This document shows positions 12,501-23,830 of a stretch of DNA of 64,000 bases, piece after piece. Source of the DNA: Leucoraja ocellata (Eukaryota); the NCBI GenBank assembly GCA_036785375.1, contig JAWMAR010000258.1:1922001-1986000 (forward strand). Reading direction: 5' to 3'. A program made the position numbers and the translations under genes. Within the stretch, counting starts at the first letter, position 1. The number at the start of each line of letters is the position of its first letter. The notes beneath the pieces were generated by a model that was not told where the DNA came from, did no database searches, and worked only from the letters and a program-made list of their open reading frames with translations.

Positions 12501-15500
12501 CGCTGTATCTCCAAATTAAACACTGTATCTAAAATTAAAGGTCTGATGTAAATTGACAGCCGTGGAGAGAACACTGATGTCGTGCGTGTGTGGGAAGGAA
12601 CTGCAGATGCTGGTTTAAACCAAAGGTAGACACTAAATGCTGGAGTAACTCAGCGGGACAAGCATCATCTCTGGAGAGAAGGAATGGGTGACGATTCGGG
12701 CCTCGACCAATCACCCATTCCTTCTCTCCAGAGATGCTGCCTGTCCCGCTGAGTTACTCCAGCATTTTGTGTCGAACACTGAAGTTGGTTCACTTCTCCT
12801 TCCCGTGAAGTTGAAGGATGTTATGGACACATGGCCGATTAAATGTGGTTGAGAATGAAATGTTGCCTCTGTGTAAAGATCCTGCAGGATAGGGTGTCAC
12901 CTCACCTTGTCCGGTCCTCCTGCGGCAGATTTGTTGCATGCTTTCTCCTTGAAGCTTCGGGTCTCGTTTACGATGTCTTGGATCACGGCTGCGCCTCTCT
13001 GATGTTTTAAGGGAAAGGATACATGTAAGAGATTTCGACCGAGGATTAGCAGTGTGTACAAGGATAAGTAGGAGGAGGTGTCTGAGAGTTGGCCCGTTGC
13101 CCAACCAGAAATGTCAGGAGGAAGGGTCTCAACCCGAGTTACTCCAGCTGGTTGTGTCTATAGACCGAGGATTTTTAATTCATTCCCTTTTGCCGGCCCT
13201 GGCATCGGTTTTGCCCGTGCCCACCTTTATCGGCCAGATACATTTGGGCAGTGTGGTGGCGTTGTGGTAGACTCATGGAAACAGGCCCTTCGGCCCAACT
13301 TGCCCACCGGCCAACATGTCCCAGCTACACTAGTCTCACCTGCCCGTGTTTGCTCCATATTCCTCCAAACCTGGCCTATCCATGTACCTGTCCAGCTGTT
13401 TCTTAAACGTTCGGATAGTCCCAGCCTCAACTCCCTCCTCTGGCAGCTTGTTCCATACACCCACCACCCTCTGTGTAAAAAAGTTACCCCTCAGATTCCC
13501 ATTAAATCGTTTCCCCTTCACCTTGAACTATGTCCTCTGGTCCTCGATTCCCCTACTCTGGGCAACAGTCTCTGTGCATCCACCCGATCTATTCCTCTCA
13601 TGACTTTGTACACAAACTAGTCACCGTGGAGTTGCTGCCTCACAGCGCCAGAGATCCAGGTTCGATCCTGACTACGGGTGCTTTCCGTGCAGAGATTGTG
13701 CCTTCTCCCGGTGACTGAGTGGGTTTTATCCGGGTGCTCCGGTTTCTTCCCACACTCCAAAGATGTTGAGGTTTGAAGGCTAATTGGCTTCTGTAACTTA
13801 TCCCTAGCGTGTAGGATGGAATGAGTTCATGGGTGATTGTTGGTCAGCCTGGACTCAGTGGGCCGAAGGGCCTGTTTCCACAATATATCTCTAAAGTAAA
13901 CTATGCTAAACAAGGCAAACAATGTGTTAATCACTTTCTTTCTCCCCATGACCAGCACCCATGCTGCAGAAGGTTGCATTGGTGGGGGTTGCATTACAGC
14001 ACAGGTCAGACGCTACTCCTAAAGGTTCAGTACAGCACCACAGCTGGTAGAGCCCTGCCTCACAGCACCAGAGATCCAGGTTCGGTCCTGACCTTGGGCG
14101 CTGTCTGTGCGGAGTTTGCACGTTGTCCCTGTGACCGCGTGGATTTTCCCCGGTCACCTCCCACATCCCAAAGACATGCGGTTTTGTAGGTCAATTGGCC
14201 CCCAGTGTGTATGGAGTGGATGAGAAAGTGGGAGAACATAGAACTAGTGTGTGAACGAGTGATCGATGGTCGGCACGGACTTGCTGGGCCGAAGGGCCAG
14301 TTTCCAGGCTGTATCTCTGAACTAAACTAAACTAAAAGGAAGATGAGGGTAGATGCACAAAGTTGGGGAAGCTCTTGATATTCTGGGCAGAGAATCAGAT
14401 ACTCAAAGCACAATGTGCTGGAAGTACTCAGTAGGTCAGGCAGCATCTGTGGAAGGAATGGATAGATGACGTTTCAGGCTTAGACCCTTCTTCAGACTGG
14501 GAGCAGAGAAGATGCTTCAGTCTGAAGAAGCGCCCTGGCCCGAAACGTCACCTGTCCATTCCCTCCACAGATGCTGCCTGACTCGCTGAGTTCCTCCAGC
14601 ACTTTGTATTTTTCTCCAAATTCCAGCAAATGCAATTCCTTGGCTGCTGCTCAATTGGACTGAGAATCAGTGAATTGGTCAGTTGGTATAACAAGAAGCA
14701 TGTGTATGTATTCAGGAGAGAGTTGGAGTTAGCTCTTAGAGCGAACTGAATCAGGGGATAGGGGTGAAAAAGCAGGAACTGGGTCCTGATTCTGGATGAT
14801 CAGCAATGATCATATTGAATGGCAGTGCTGGCTCGAAGGGCCGAATGGCCTACTCCCGTACCTATTGTCTATGTTTCTATGCGTATCGGCGGAGTGAGCC
14901 TTGAGACCGTGAGGAGTGAGTACTGACGGGAGGGAGATCAAATGTTGAGGCCAACTGCAACAGGATTCCTTGCACAGCCTCCACTCTAACGGTGGGGACA
15001 GATGCCAGGGCTGAGGGAGGGAAGGATGGGAGCTGGAGAGGTGGTGGGAGAATCGTGGCCATGTTCTCACCTGATCGGGAGCTTTGGTAGATTGTTCCGT
15101 GGTGGCATTAATGGTTCCATAGCTGACAGTCGTTTCATCTGGAGAACAAAGAAAACATTTGAGATTTAGACTGGGGATGGGATCATTCCCTAGGGCACAG
15201 ACAGAGTGATGAGGGTGGCAGTGGTAGGGGTGGCATAATGGTAGGGGTGGCACAGTGACAGTGGTTGGGGTGGCACAGTGGCTGGGGTGGCATAGTGACA
15301 GGAGGCAGAGTAACACAGTGGCTGGGGTGGCACAGTGACAGGGGGCAGAGTAACACAGTGGCATAGTGACAGGGGGCAGAGTAACACAGTGGCATAGTTT
15401 CCATGCTGTATCTGTTGTAAAGGGTGGTTGGGGGGGGGGGGCAGCACAGGAGAATCCGAGGCACATTTGTCCCGGGGATCACACATCATACTCACCAGGA

Positions 15501-18500
15501 GGGGAGTCGGCTTTGAGGTTCAGTTCTATTTTAAGGTCGTTCCCCATGCCAGGTACAATGATGCGGCAACAGTATACTCCCTCATCCTTCTTCTCCAGAT
15601 CCTTTATGGTCAGGGACACATCGCCCTTCTGTAAATCTCCACGCAGTTCATATTTGGAGCTAAATTCAGGATGGATCGTGCTTGTCACCTCAACTTGGAA
15701 AAACTTTTTGGAGCAGCCCGACCAAGGGCATTTCCCTCGACCCCAGCAGGTTGTGTACAGTACACTATCGCTGGACGTGCAGGGGAGAGTGACTGTAGAC
15801 CCCAGTACTCCCCTGATCTGTGACTCCTCTGTAAAGCAGAAACGACAGACATTCCCTTCAGTTCAGTTAGAATCACAGAGTCATTACATTACATTGACTT
15901 CTCCAATTTCAGGTAGTCCTTGCTTTCTCCCTCCTTCCCCTCCCCTTCCCAGCTCTCCCACAGCCCACTGTCTCTGCCTCCTCCTTTCTTCTTCCTGCCC
16001 CCCACCAAATCAGTCTGAAGAAGGGTCTCGACCCGAAACGTCACCTATTCCTTCGCTCCACAGATGCTGCCTCACCCGCTGAGTTTCTCCAGCATTTTGT
16101 GTCTACATTACATTAAGTAGTTTTCACAGCAATCGAGGTTGTGGGGTGCCATCTGCATTGTGTAGTTTTACTCAAGGGCAAGCTGGGTGGATGAGCAGGT
16201 CCTCTCCCAGCAAGAAAGAAAGAACACACTACACAACCAAAATTAAACATAACACACAGAACATCCACCACAGTGAGACCAGCACTTCCTGCTGTGATGG
16301 AAGGCACAAACATTCAGTCAGTCAGTCTTCCTTATTCTGTGGACCCGTGGTCGGGGCCCTGAACCCTCCGCAGTCACCACTACGCACGGCCCAATGTACA
16401 GGCCCTCTCGCCGGGACGATGGAAACTCCGACGTTGGGACGGATCGGGAACACCCCGCAGCTCGGAATTCCCGAATCGGCCGTATCCCACAGGAGACGGC
16501 GGCTTCGCGATGCCACGTCCACAGGCCCAGCGGTCGGGGCACCTCTTCAGGTGATCCTCGACGAAGGCCGCAGGCAGCTCCACGATGGTAAAGTCCGTGC
16601 CGAGATGGCTCAGGTATGATGTGAAGATAATTGAGATGTGTTTTTCATCAATTTATCTAATGTACAGTAAACCCTTGTTATAATGAACCATGTTTGATTG
16701 TCCGCTATTGCTGTTGTCCGCAATAACAGAGTAAGGGATTACAGAGTGTAGGAAGGAACTGCAGGCGCTAGTTTAAACCGAAGACAGACAAAAAAAGCTG
16801 GAGTAACTCAGTGGGACAGGCAGCATCTCTGGAGAGAAGGAATGGGTGACGTTTCGGGTCGAGACCCTTCTTCAGATTACTATAAGTAGTAGCAACAAAC
16901 AACTGCCATTGCTGGTTAATGCACTAAATGACACAATATGCTGGGGCAACTCAGTGGGTCAGGCAGCATTACTGGAGAAGATGGATGTGTCATTTAGGGT
17001 CGAGATACTTCTCAGTTCAGTCAAGTTCAGTTTAGTTTATTGTCACGTGTACCGAGGTACAGTGAAAAGCTTTAGTTGCGTGCTAACCAGTCAGCGGAAA
17101 GACAATACATGATTACAATCGAGTCATTTACAGTGTATAGATACATGATAACGGAGTAACGTTTAGTGCAAGGTAAAGCCAGTAAAGGCTAATCAGAACC
17201 AGGGGCCACAGATTAAGAAAAAGAGGTTGGCCATTTAAAACAGAGATGAGGAAAAACTTTTTCACCCAGAGAGTTGTGAAACTTGTGAAATTCAAGTTGG
17301 GTGAATCAAACTGGCAGGGGTGCTGAGGAAGAGGATTTCTTGGAATGTATGCGGGATAGTTATCTAAACCGACATGTAGAGGAACCAACGAGAGAGCTGG
17401 CTATTTTAGACTGGGTATTGAGTAATGAGGAAGGGTTAGTCAGTAGTCTTGTTGTGCGTGGCCCCTTGGGCAAGAGTGACCATAATATGGTTGAGTTCTT
17501 CATTAGGATGGAGTGTGACATTGTTAATTCAGAAACAATGGTTTTGAACTTAAAGAAAGGTAACTTTGAGGGTATGAGACGTGAATTGGCCAAGATTGAC
17601 TGGCAATTAATTCTAAAAGGGTTGACGGTGGATATGCAATGGAAGGCATTTAAAGACTGCATGGATGAACTACAAAAATTGTTCATCCCAGTTTGGCAAA
17701 AGAATAAATCAGGGAAGGTAGTGCATCCATGGATAACAAGGGAAATCAGGGATAGTATCAAAGCAAAGGATGATGCGTACAAACTAGCCAGAAAAAGCAG
17801 CATACCGGAGGACTGGGAGAAATTCAGAGACCAGCAGAGGAGGACGAAGGGCTTAATTAGGAAAGGAAAAATGGATTATGAAAGAAAACTGGCAGGGAAC
17901 ATAAAAACTGACTGCAAAAGTTTTTATAGAAATGTGAAAAGAAAGAGATTAGTTAAAACAAATGTAGGTCCCTTGCAGTCAGAAACAGGTGAGTTGATCA
18001 TGGGGAACCAGGATATGGCGGACCAATTGAATAACTACTTTGGTTCCGTCTTCACTAAGGAAGACATAAATGATCTGCCGGAAATAGCAGGGGCCCGCGG
18101 GTCAAAGGAGGTGGAGGAATTGAGTGAAATCCAGGTTAGTCGGGAAGTGGTGTTGGGTAAATTGAATGGATTAAAGGCCGATAAATCCCCAGGGCCAGAT
18201 AGGCTGCATCCCAGAGTACTTAAGGAAGTAGCTCCAGAAATAGTGGATGCATTAGTAATAATCTTTCAAAACTCTTTAGATTCTGGAGTAGTTCCAGAGG
18301 ATTGGCGGGTAGCAAACGTAACCCCACTTTTTAAGAAGGGAGGGAGAGAGAAAACGGGGAATTGCAGACCAGTTAGCCTAACATCGGTAGTGGGGAAACT
18401 GCTAGAGTCAGTTATTAAAGATGGGATAGCAGCACATTTGGAAAGTGGTGAAATCATTGGACAAAGTCAGCATGGATTTACGAAAGGTAAATCATGTCTG

Positions 18501-21500
18501 ACGAACCTTATAGAATTTTTCGAGGATGTAACTAGTAGCGTGGATAGGGGAGAACCAGTGGATGTGATGTATCTGGACTTCCAGAAGGCTTTCGACAAGG
18601 TCCCACATAAGAGATTAGTATACAAACTTAAAGCACATGGCATTGGGGGTTCAGTATTGATGTGGATAGAGAACTGGCTGGCAAACAGGAAGCAAAGAGT
18701 AGGAGTAAACGGGTCCTTTTCACAATGGCAGGCAGTGACTAGTGGGGTACCGCAAGGCTCAGTACTGGGACCCCAGCTATTTACAATATATATTAATGAT
18801 CTGGATGAGGGAATTGAAGGCAATATCTCCAAGTTTGCGGATGACACTAAGCTGGGGGGCAGTGTTAGGTGTGAGGAGGATGCTAGGAGACTGCAAGGTG
18901 ACTTGGATAGGCTAGGTGAGTGGGCAAATGTTTGGCAGATGCAGTTTAATGTGGATAAATGTGAAGTTATCCATTTTGGTGGCAAAAACGGGAAAGCAGA
19001 TTATTATCTAAACGGTGGCCGATTGGGAAAGGGGGAGATGCAGCGAGACCTGGGTGTCATTGTACACCAGTCATTGAAGGTAGGCATGCAGGTGCAGCAG
19101 GCAGTAAAGAAAGCGAATGGCATGTTGGCTTTCATAGCAAGAGGATTTGAGTATAGGACCAGGGAGGTTCTACTGCAGTTGTATAGGGTCTTGGTGAGAC
19201 CACACCTGGAGTATTGCGTGCAGTTTTGGTCTCCAAATCTGAGGAAGGACATTATTGCCATAGAGGGAGTGCAGAGAAGGTTCACCAGACTGATTCCTGG
19301 GATGTCAGGACTGTCTTATGAAGAAAGACTGGATAGACTTGGTTTATACTCTCTAGAATTTAGGAGATTGAGAGGGGATCTTATAGAAACTTACAAAATT
19401 CTTAAGGGGTTGGACAGGCTAGATGCAGGAAGATTGTTCCCGATGTTGGGGAGGTCCAGGACAAGGGGTCACAGCTTAAGGATAAGGGGGAAATCCTTTA
19501 AAACCGAGATGAGGAGAACTTTTTTCACACAGAGAGTGGTGAATCTCTGGAACTCTCTGCCACAGAGGGTAGTTGAGGCCAGTTTGTTGGCTATATTTAA
19601 GAGGGAGTTAGATGTGGCCCTTGTGGCCAAGGGGATCAGAGGGTATGGAGAGAAGGCAGGTACGGCACCTAATTTCTATGTTTCTATGAATCTGTGGAAT
19701 TCTCTGCCTCAGAAGGCAGTGGAGGCCAATTCTCTGGATGCTTTCAGGAGAGAGTTAGATAGAGCTCTTAAAGATAGCGGAGTCAGGGATATGGGGCGAA
19801 GGCAGGAATGGGGTACTGATTGGGGATGATCAGCCAGTAGATCAGTGATTTAATTCAATCCCAGAATGTTCATCATAGTTTGGTGTTGAGGAAGGTTAGC
19901 ACAGATGTTGGGACAAACATTCAACTCACCAGATTGAAGAATGGGTTCAATCCAAATGATCAAATAGAAAATAGCTGGAAAAATAAATTGATAGTTTAGA
20001 TCCAACATGAACGGTTCACAAATGATAGACTTAAAGTATTTTTATATAAAATTTAACGATAGAAGATACCCAAGGGCGGCCCAATGGTTCTGCGGTAGAG
20101 TTGCTGCCTCACAGCGCCAGAGACCCGGGTTCGATCCTGACTATGGGTGCTGCCTGTACAGAGCTTGTACGTTCTCCCCGTGACCACGTGTTTTCTCCAA
20201 GATCTTCGGTTTCCTCCCACAGTCCAAAGATGGACGGGTTTGTAGGATAATTGGCATGGTATAAATGTAAAATTGTCCCCAGTGTGTGTATGGTATTGCT
20301 GATGTACGGGGATCGCTGGTTGGTGTGGACTCGGTGGGCCGAAGAGCCTTTTTCCACGCTCTATCTCTAAACTAAACTAACAGCCTAACCAACAAGATCT
20401 GGGCCAAAGATTCAGTAATTGTAGACTTTGGAGGCACTGCACGTAAATAGGCCCTTCGGCCCACCGAGTCCGTGCCGACCAGCGATCCTCAATGCATTTC
20501 GTTGTCTCTGTACTGTACACTGACAATGACAATTAAAATTGAATCTGAATCTGAATACTGGCTCTAACCGACATATACTAGGGACAATTATAATTTTTTA
20601 CCAAAGCCAATTAAACTACAAACCCGCAGGTCTTTGGAGTGTGGGAGGAAACCGGAGCACCTGGGGAAAACCCACATGGTCACAGGGAGGAAGGTACAAA
20701 CTCCGTACAGACAGCACCCATAGTCAGATGGAACCCGGGTCTCTGGCACTGTGAGGCAGCAACTCTACCGCTGCGCCCCCGTGCTGCTCATAGTTGGTGG
20801 GTTGGAGAGCAATAAGGTAGAGGTAGATAGAGAGATACAGCATTGAAACACTGAGTCCATGCTGACTGACCTAAAGGAGAGTCCTTTAATTCTGAGGCTG
20901 TGACCTCAAAGTAGCTCTTTCTTCCCAATAACCCTTTCTGGCTGAAGTCCTCCCTCCACCACCTCCAGTTTAAATTCCATTTGGAATATTTTGGAGGACC
21001 AAAACTTCTCGTCCTAGACTCTCCCACTAGTGGAAACATCATCTCCACATCACATTTCAATGAGGTCTCCCCTCACCCTTCGAAACTCCAGTGATCCTTC
21101 TAACGTTCTTTCCTATCCATCCTGTAGAGGTGAGGATTCACTATATTTTCTCACAGAGGCTATTTCGCGACCATCACCATGTTTACATCTTACAACACTT
21201 CAAAGATTGCATCAAAGGAGGAAATCCACACAGCGCTTATTGCAACATAATCGTGTGAACAAGACACTGAGCAAAATGAGCTGACCAGTCTCACGCTCGC
21301 TCGATGCAACACAAAGCCTATCCATCACGCCTTGTCTTTGTAGAATGATTCTTATCATGAGAGAAAATATTATAGAGGAAATAATGCTCAAATTAGATTG
21401 GCGTACTGTGTAAGTTATTACTGCAATGAAATTCATCAGAGTGCTACAACTCATAGAAACCTAGAAATTAGATGCAGGAGTAGGCCATTCGGCCCTTCGA

Positions 21501-22400
21501 GCCAGCACCGCCATACAATATCATCATGGCTGATCATCCCCAATCAGTACCCCGTTCCGGCTTTTTCCCTCATACCCCTTGATTCTGTTAGCCCTAAGAG
21601 CTAAGTCTAACTCTCTCTTGAAAACATCCAGTGAATTAGCCTCCACTGACTTCTGTGCCAGAGAATTCCACATATTCACAACTCTCTTGGTGAAAAGGTT
21701 TCTCCTCATCTCAGTCCTAAATGGCCGACCTCTTATTCTTAAACTGTGTGGCCCCTGGTTCTGGAGTCCCTCAACATGGGGAACATTTTGTGGGGGTGGG
21801 GGTGTAGGGAAGGGGGGGGGGTGTGTGGAGATGTTGAGAAGGATGTAGGGGTGGGGATGGGGTTGTGGAGATGTGGGGAATGGGTTGGGGGGGGGGTGGA
21901 GGTGTGGAGGTGTAGAGGTGGGGGTGTGTGGGTGTGGGGATGGGTGGGGGTGTGGGTGGGGATGTGGGTGTGTGGGTGGGTGGGTGTGGGGATGGGGGTG
22001 TGTGAGTGTGAGTTGTGGGGGTGGGGGTGTGGGTGTGAGTTGTGGGGGTGGGAGTGTGGTGGGGGGTGGGTGTGGGGGTGGGAGTGTGTTGGGGGGGTGG
22101 GTGTGGGGTTGGGGGTGTGGGTGTGAGTTGTGGGGGTGGGGGTGGGAGTGTGGTGGGGGGGTGGGTGTGGGGGTGGGGGTGTGTGAGTTGTGGGGGTGTG
22201 GGTGGGGCTGGGTGTGGGGGTGGGGGTGTGTGAGTGTGAGTTGTGGGGGTGGGGATAACGGGCTTTGGGAAACCTGGAGGACTGTTTCTCCGGGACTATT
22301 TTTCGATGGGGCAGGGATATGTGGATGGTACTGTGCATTGAGGGGTGGGTGGGGAAGCAGCTGACTCACCGTGAAGCAGGCATCCACTCTCCCTCCGCAT
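499..22400 (-). CDS. Gene A (spliced, 3'-partial): ADGRE/EMR-like adhesion GPCR with an N-terminal TIM-type IgV domain. Exons 22370-22400, 19930-19974, 15496-15828, 15071-15138, 12906-12998, 12052-12147, 10371-10548, 9822-9941, 8526-8716, 6895-7047, 4922-5125, 4442-4677, 3406-3472, 499-590; TM6-7 and tail lie left of the window
   Basis: All 14 exons have GT donors and exons 2-14 have AG acceptors. Intron phases 1,1,1,0,0,0,1,1,0,0,0,2,0,2 join them into one ORF (1907 nt) with no stop. Recognisable signal peptide, IgV, GAIN, GPS and class-B2 TM1-TM5. Confidence 0.88.
770..1215 (-). mobile_element. CR1 LINE 3' fragment
   Basis: [20 protein letters not shown]...FFTQRVV..WN.LP. Confidence 0.88.
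1490..1647. repeat. Degenerate (CA)n microsatellite
   Basis: Direct reading. Confidence 0.9.
3406..3472 (-). CDS. Gene A exon 13, ECL2-TM5 start ([22 protein letters not shown])
   Basis: 67-nt exon with CWL and FIWS-x-LGP motifs, ag|...|gtaagg. Confidence 0.95.
4093..4432. repeat. (GTGTGTCACC/GTGTGTGTCACC)n minisatellite next to the exon 12 donor
   Basis: Direct reading. Confidence 0.9.
4442..4677 (-). CDS. Gene A exon 12, TM3-TM4
   Basis: [40 protein letters not shown]...[20 protein letters not shown]; LHY and WMLLE adhesion-GPCR motifs; NLKVVN is ADGRE-like. Confidence 0.95.
4922..5125 (-). CDS. Gene A exon 11, TM1-TM2
   Basis: [68 protein letters not shown]; 204 nt. Confidence 0.93.
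6895..7047 (-). CDS. Gene A exon 10, GPS motif and tethered-agonist (Stachel) segment
   Basis: [51 protein letters not shown]; 153 nt, phase 0-0. Confidence 0.9.
7505..7895 (-). mobile_element. Tx1/L1-clade LINE 3' fragment
   Basis: [14 protein letters not shown]...[12 protein letters not shown]...FRDRW resembles the Tx1 ORF2 C-terminus. Confidence 0.6.
8526..8716 (-). CDS. Gene A exon 9, GAIN subdomain B ([19 protein letters not shown]...[10 protein letters not shown]...[10 protein letters not shown])
   Basis: FxxY-xx-L, NSKVV and LNITF motifs of GAIN beta strands; acceptor gacag|, donors at 8526 or 8517; phase 1-0. Confidence 0.85.
8800..9035. repeat. C-rich repeat with a unit of about 20 bp (ctcatcccaccccatctaac)
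   Basis: Direct reading. Confidence 0.8.
9822..9941 (-). CDS. Gene A exon 8, GAIN ([40 protein letters not shown])
   Basis: Acceptor cctttgcccgcag|, donor CACG|gtacct, 120 nt, phase 1-1. Confidence 0.8.
10371..10548 (-). CDS. Gene A exon 7, helical GAIN subdomain A ([59 protein letters not shown])
   Basis: W-x-x-L...LLxxME pattern typical of ADGRE GAIN helices; donor G|gtaagt; 178 nt, phase 0-1. Confidence 0.85.
10680..11120 (+). mobile_element. CR1 LINE 3' fragment (duplicate at about 33040-33480)
   Basis: [13 protein letters not shown]...[14 protein letters not shown]. Confidence 0.88.
11560..11885 (+). mobile_element. HE1-type tRNA-derived V-SINE (representative; other copies near 2063-2366, 8060-8385, 12220-12520, 13625-13900, 14040-14335, 20075-20380, 20445-20785, 31450-31702, 52765-53060, 60393-60645, 61388-61610)
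   Basis: A-box ggtggcnnagcgg, B-box ggttcgatcc, V-domain gagtttgtacgttctccccgtg, CR1-like 3' end and (TAAAC)n tail. Confidence 0.85.
12052..12147 (-). CDS. Gene A exon 6, [32 protein letters not shown]
   Basis: Donor GAG|gtgagc; acceptor after a pyrimidine tract at an aag/aag NAGNAG (12147 or 12144); phase 0-0. Confidence 0.75.
12906..12998 (-). CDS. Gene A exon 5, [31 protein letters not shown]
   Basis: Acceptor catcag|, donor AAG|gtgagg, 93 nt, phase 0-0; homologous to exon 6. Confidence 0.78.
15071..15138 (-). CDS. Gene A exon 4, short Ser/Thr-rich (mucin-like) stalk [23 protein letters not shown]
   Basis: Acceptor ttctttgttctccag|, donor CAG|gtgaga, phase 1-0. Confidence 0.85.
15210..15398. 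repeat. ggggtggcacagtgacag-type minisatellite between exons 3 and 4 (duplicate at about 37570-37760)
   Basis: Direct reading. Confidence 0.8.
15496..15828 (-). CDS. Gene A exon 3, TIM/HAVCR-family IgV domain
   Basis: [110 protein letters not shown]. Six Cys with CWGRGxC and YCCRxxxPGxxND motifs diagnostic of TIM IgV; 333 nt, phase 1-1. Confidence 0.93.
17301..19688 (+). mobile_element. 5'-truncated CR1 LINE with uninterrupted ORF2 (endonuclease C-terminus + reverse transcriptase), nested in an older CR1 fragment in intron 2
   Basis: 842-aa ORF with [21 protein letters not shown] and FADD motifs; (TTTCTATG)n tail. Confidence 0.95.
19930..19974 (-). CDS. Gene A exon 2, signal peptide hydrophobic core (A)[14 protein letters not shown]
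   Basis: Acceptor tttatttttccag|, donor TCTG|gtgagt, 45 nt, phase 1-1. An alternative in-frame ATG lies at 20008. Confidence 0.75.
21790..22255. repeat. G/T-rich low-complexity tract in intron 1 (shorter version at 44150-44515)
   Basis: (GGGGTGT/GGGGGT)n. Confidence 0.85.
22370..22400 (-). CDS. Gene A exon 1, first part of leader ([10 protein letters not shown])
   Basis: ATG at 22400, strong donor CACG|gtgagt, phase 1. Joins exon 2 to give [25 protein letters not shown]. An in-frame upstream ATG exists at 22472. Confidence 0.6.
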
Positions 22401-22754
22401 CCTCCCCGGCGGCTCTGGCTCTGGATCACCGCGGACCTGCTGGTGGTTGAGAAGAATTTCAGCAAATCCCATCCCACGGCGATGCCCAGCGCCGACACGG
22501 CAAAGGTGACGGGGAGGGGGGGCGTCGTGGATAAGGCCTTCAATGTGGCCCGGCTACACTGTGGTGGCTCTCCCGTGACTGCACGGCACGGTGGCACAAC
22601 GGGTAGAGTCACCACCTCACAGCGCCACAGACCCGGGTTCAATCCCCACCTCAGGTGACCGTGTGGGTTTTCTCCGGGTGCTCCGGTTTCCTCCCACATC
22701 CCAAAGACGTACAAGTTTGTAGGTTAATTGGCCCGCTGTAAATTGTACCCTCGT

Positions 22755-23830
22755 AGAAACATAGAAACACAGAAATTAGGTGCAGGAGTAGGCCATTCGG
22801 CCCTTCGAGCCTGCACCGCCATTCAATATGATCATGGCTGATCATCCAACTCAGTATCCCGTACCTGCCTTCTCTCCATACCCACTGATCCCCTTAGCCA
22901 CAAGGGCCACATCTAACTCCCTCTTAAATATAGCCAATGAACTGGCCTCGACTACCCTCTGTGGCAGAGAATTCCAGAGATTCACCACTCTCTGTGTGAA
23001 AAAAGTTCTTCTCATCTCGGTTTTAAAGGATTTCCCCCTTATCCTTAAGCTGTGACCCCTTGTCCTGGACTTCCCCAACATCGGGAACAATCTTCCTGCA
23101 TCTAGCCTGTCCAACCCTTTAAGAATTTTGTAAGTTTCTATAAGATCCCCTCTTAATCTCCTAAATTCTAGAGAGTATAAACCAAGTCTATCCAGTCTTT
23201 CTTCATAAGACAGTCCTGACATCCCAGGAATCAGTCTGGTGAACCGTCTTTGCACTCCCTCTATGGCAATAATGTCCTTCCTCAGATTTGGAGACCAAAA
23301 CTGTACGCAATACTCCAGGTGTGGTCTCACCAAGACCCTGTACAACTGCAGTAGAACCTCCCTGCTCCTATACTCAAATCCTTTTGCAATGAAAGCTAAC
23401 ATACCATTCGCTTTCTTTACTGCCTGCTGCACCTGCATGCCTACCTTCAATGACTGGTGTACCATGACACCCAGGTCTCGCTGCATCTCCCCCTTTCCCA
23501 ATCGGCCACCATTTAGATAATAGTCTGCTTTCCCGTTTTTGCCACCAAAATGGATAACCTCACATTTATCCACATTATACTGCATCTGCCAAACATTTGC
23601 CCACTCACCCAGCCTATCCAAGTCACCTTGTAGTCTCCTAGCATCCTCCTCACAGCTAACACTGCCCCCCAGCTTAGTGTCATCCGCAAACTTGGAGATA
23701 TTGCCTTCAATTCCCTCATCCAGATCATTAATATATATTGTAAATAGCTGGGGTCCCAGCACTGAGCCTTGCGGTACCCCACTAGTTACTGCCTGCCATT
23801 GTGAAAAGGACCCGTTTACTCCTACTCTTT
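22755..23830 (-). mobile_element. Young 5'-truncated CR1 with CTCGT target-site duplication, absent from copy A'
   Basis: 303-aa RT ORF; CTCGT at 22750-22754 and 23831-23835; empty site at 45010-45014. Confidence 0.93.

Noticed and set aside
15366-16082. 238-aa plus-strand ORF (and 37725..38444)
   Set aside because: Antisense shadow of the IgV exon plus flanking repeats.
15071-22400. A stand-alone TIM/HAVCR gene
   Set aside because: No TM or cytoplasmic exon found downstream; the stalk exon splices in phase into GAIN exons.
21524-22714. 396-aa Pro/His-rich ORF
   Set aside because: Runs through SINE, G-rich simple repeat and CR1; only the short exon 1, in another frame, is credible.
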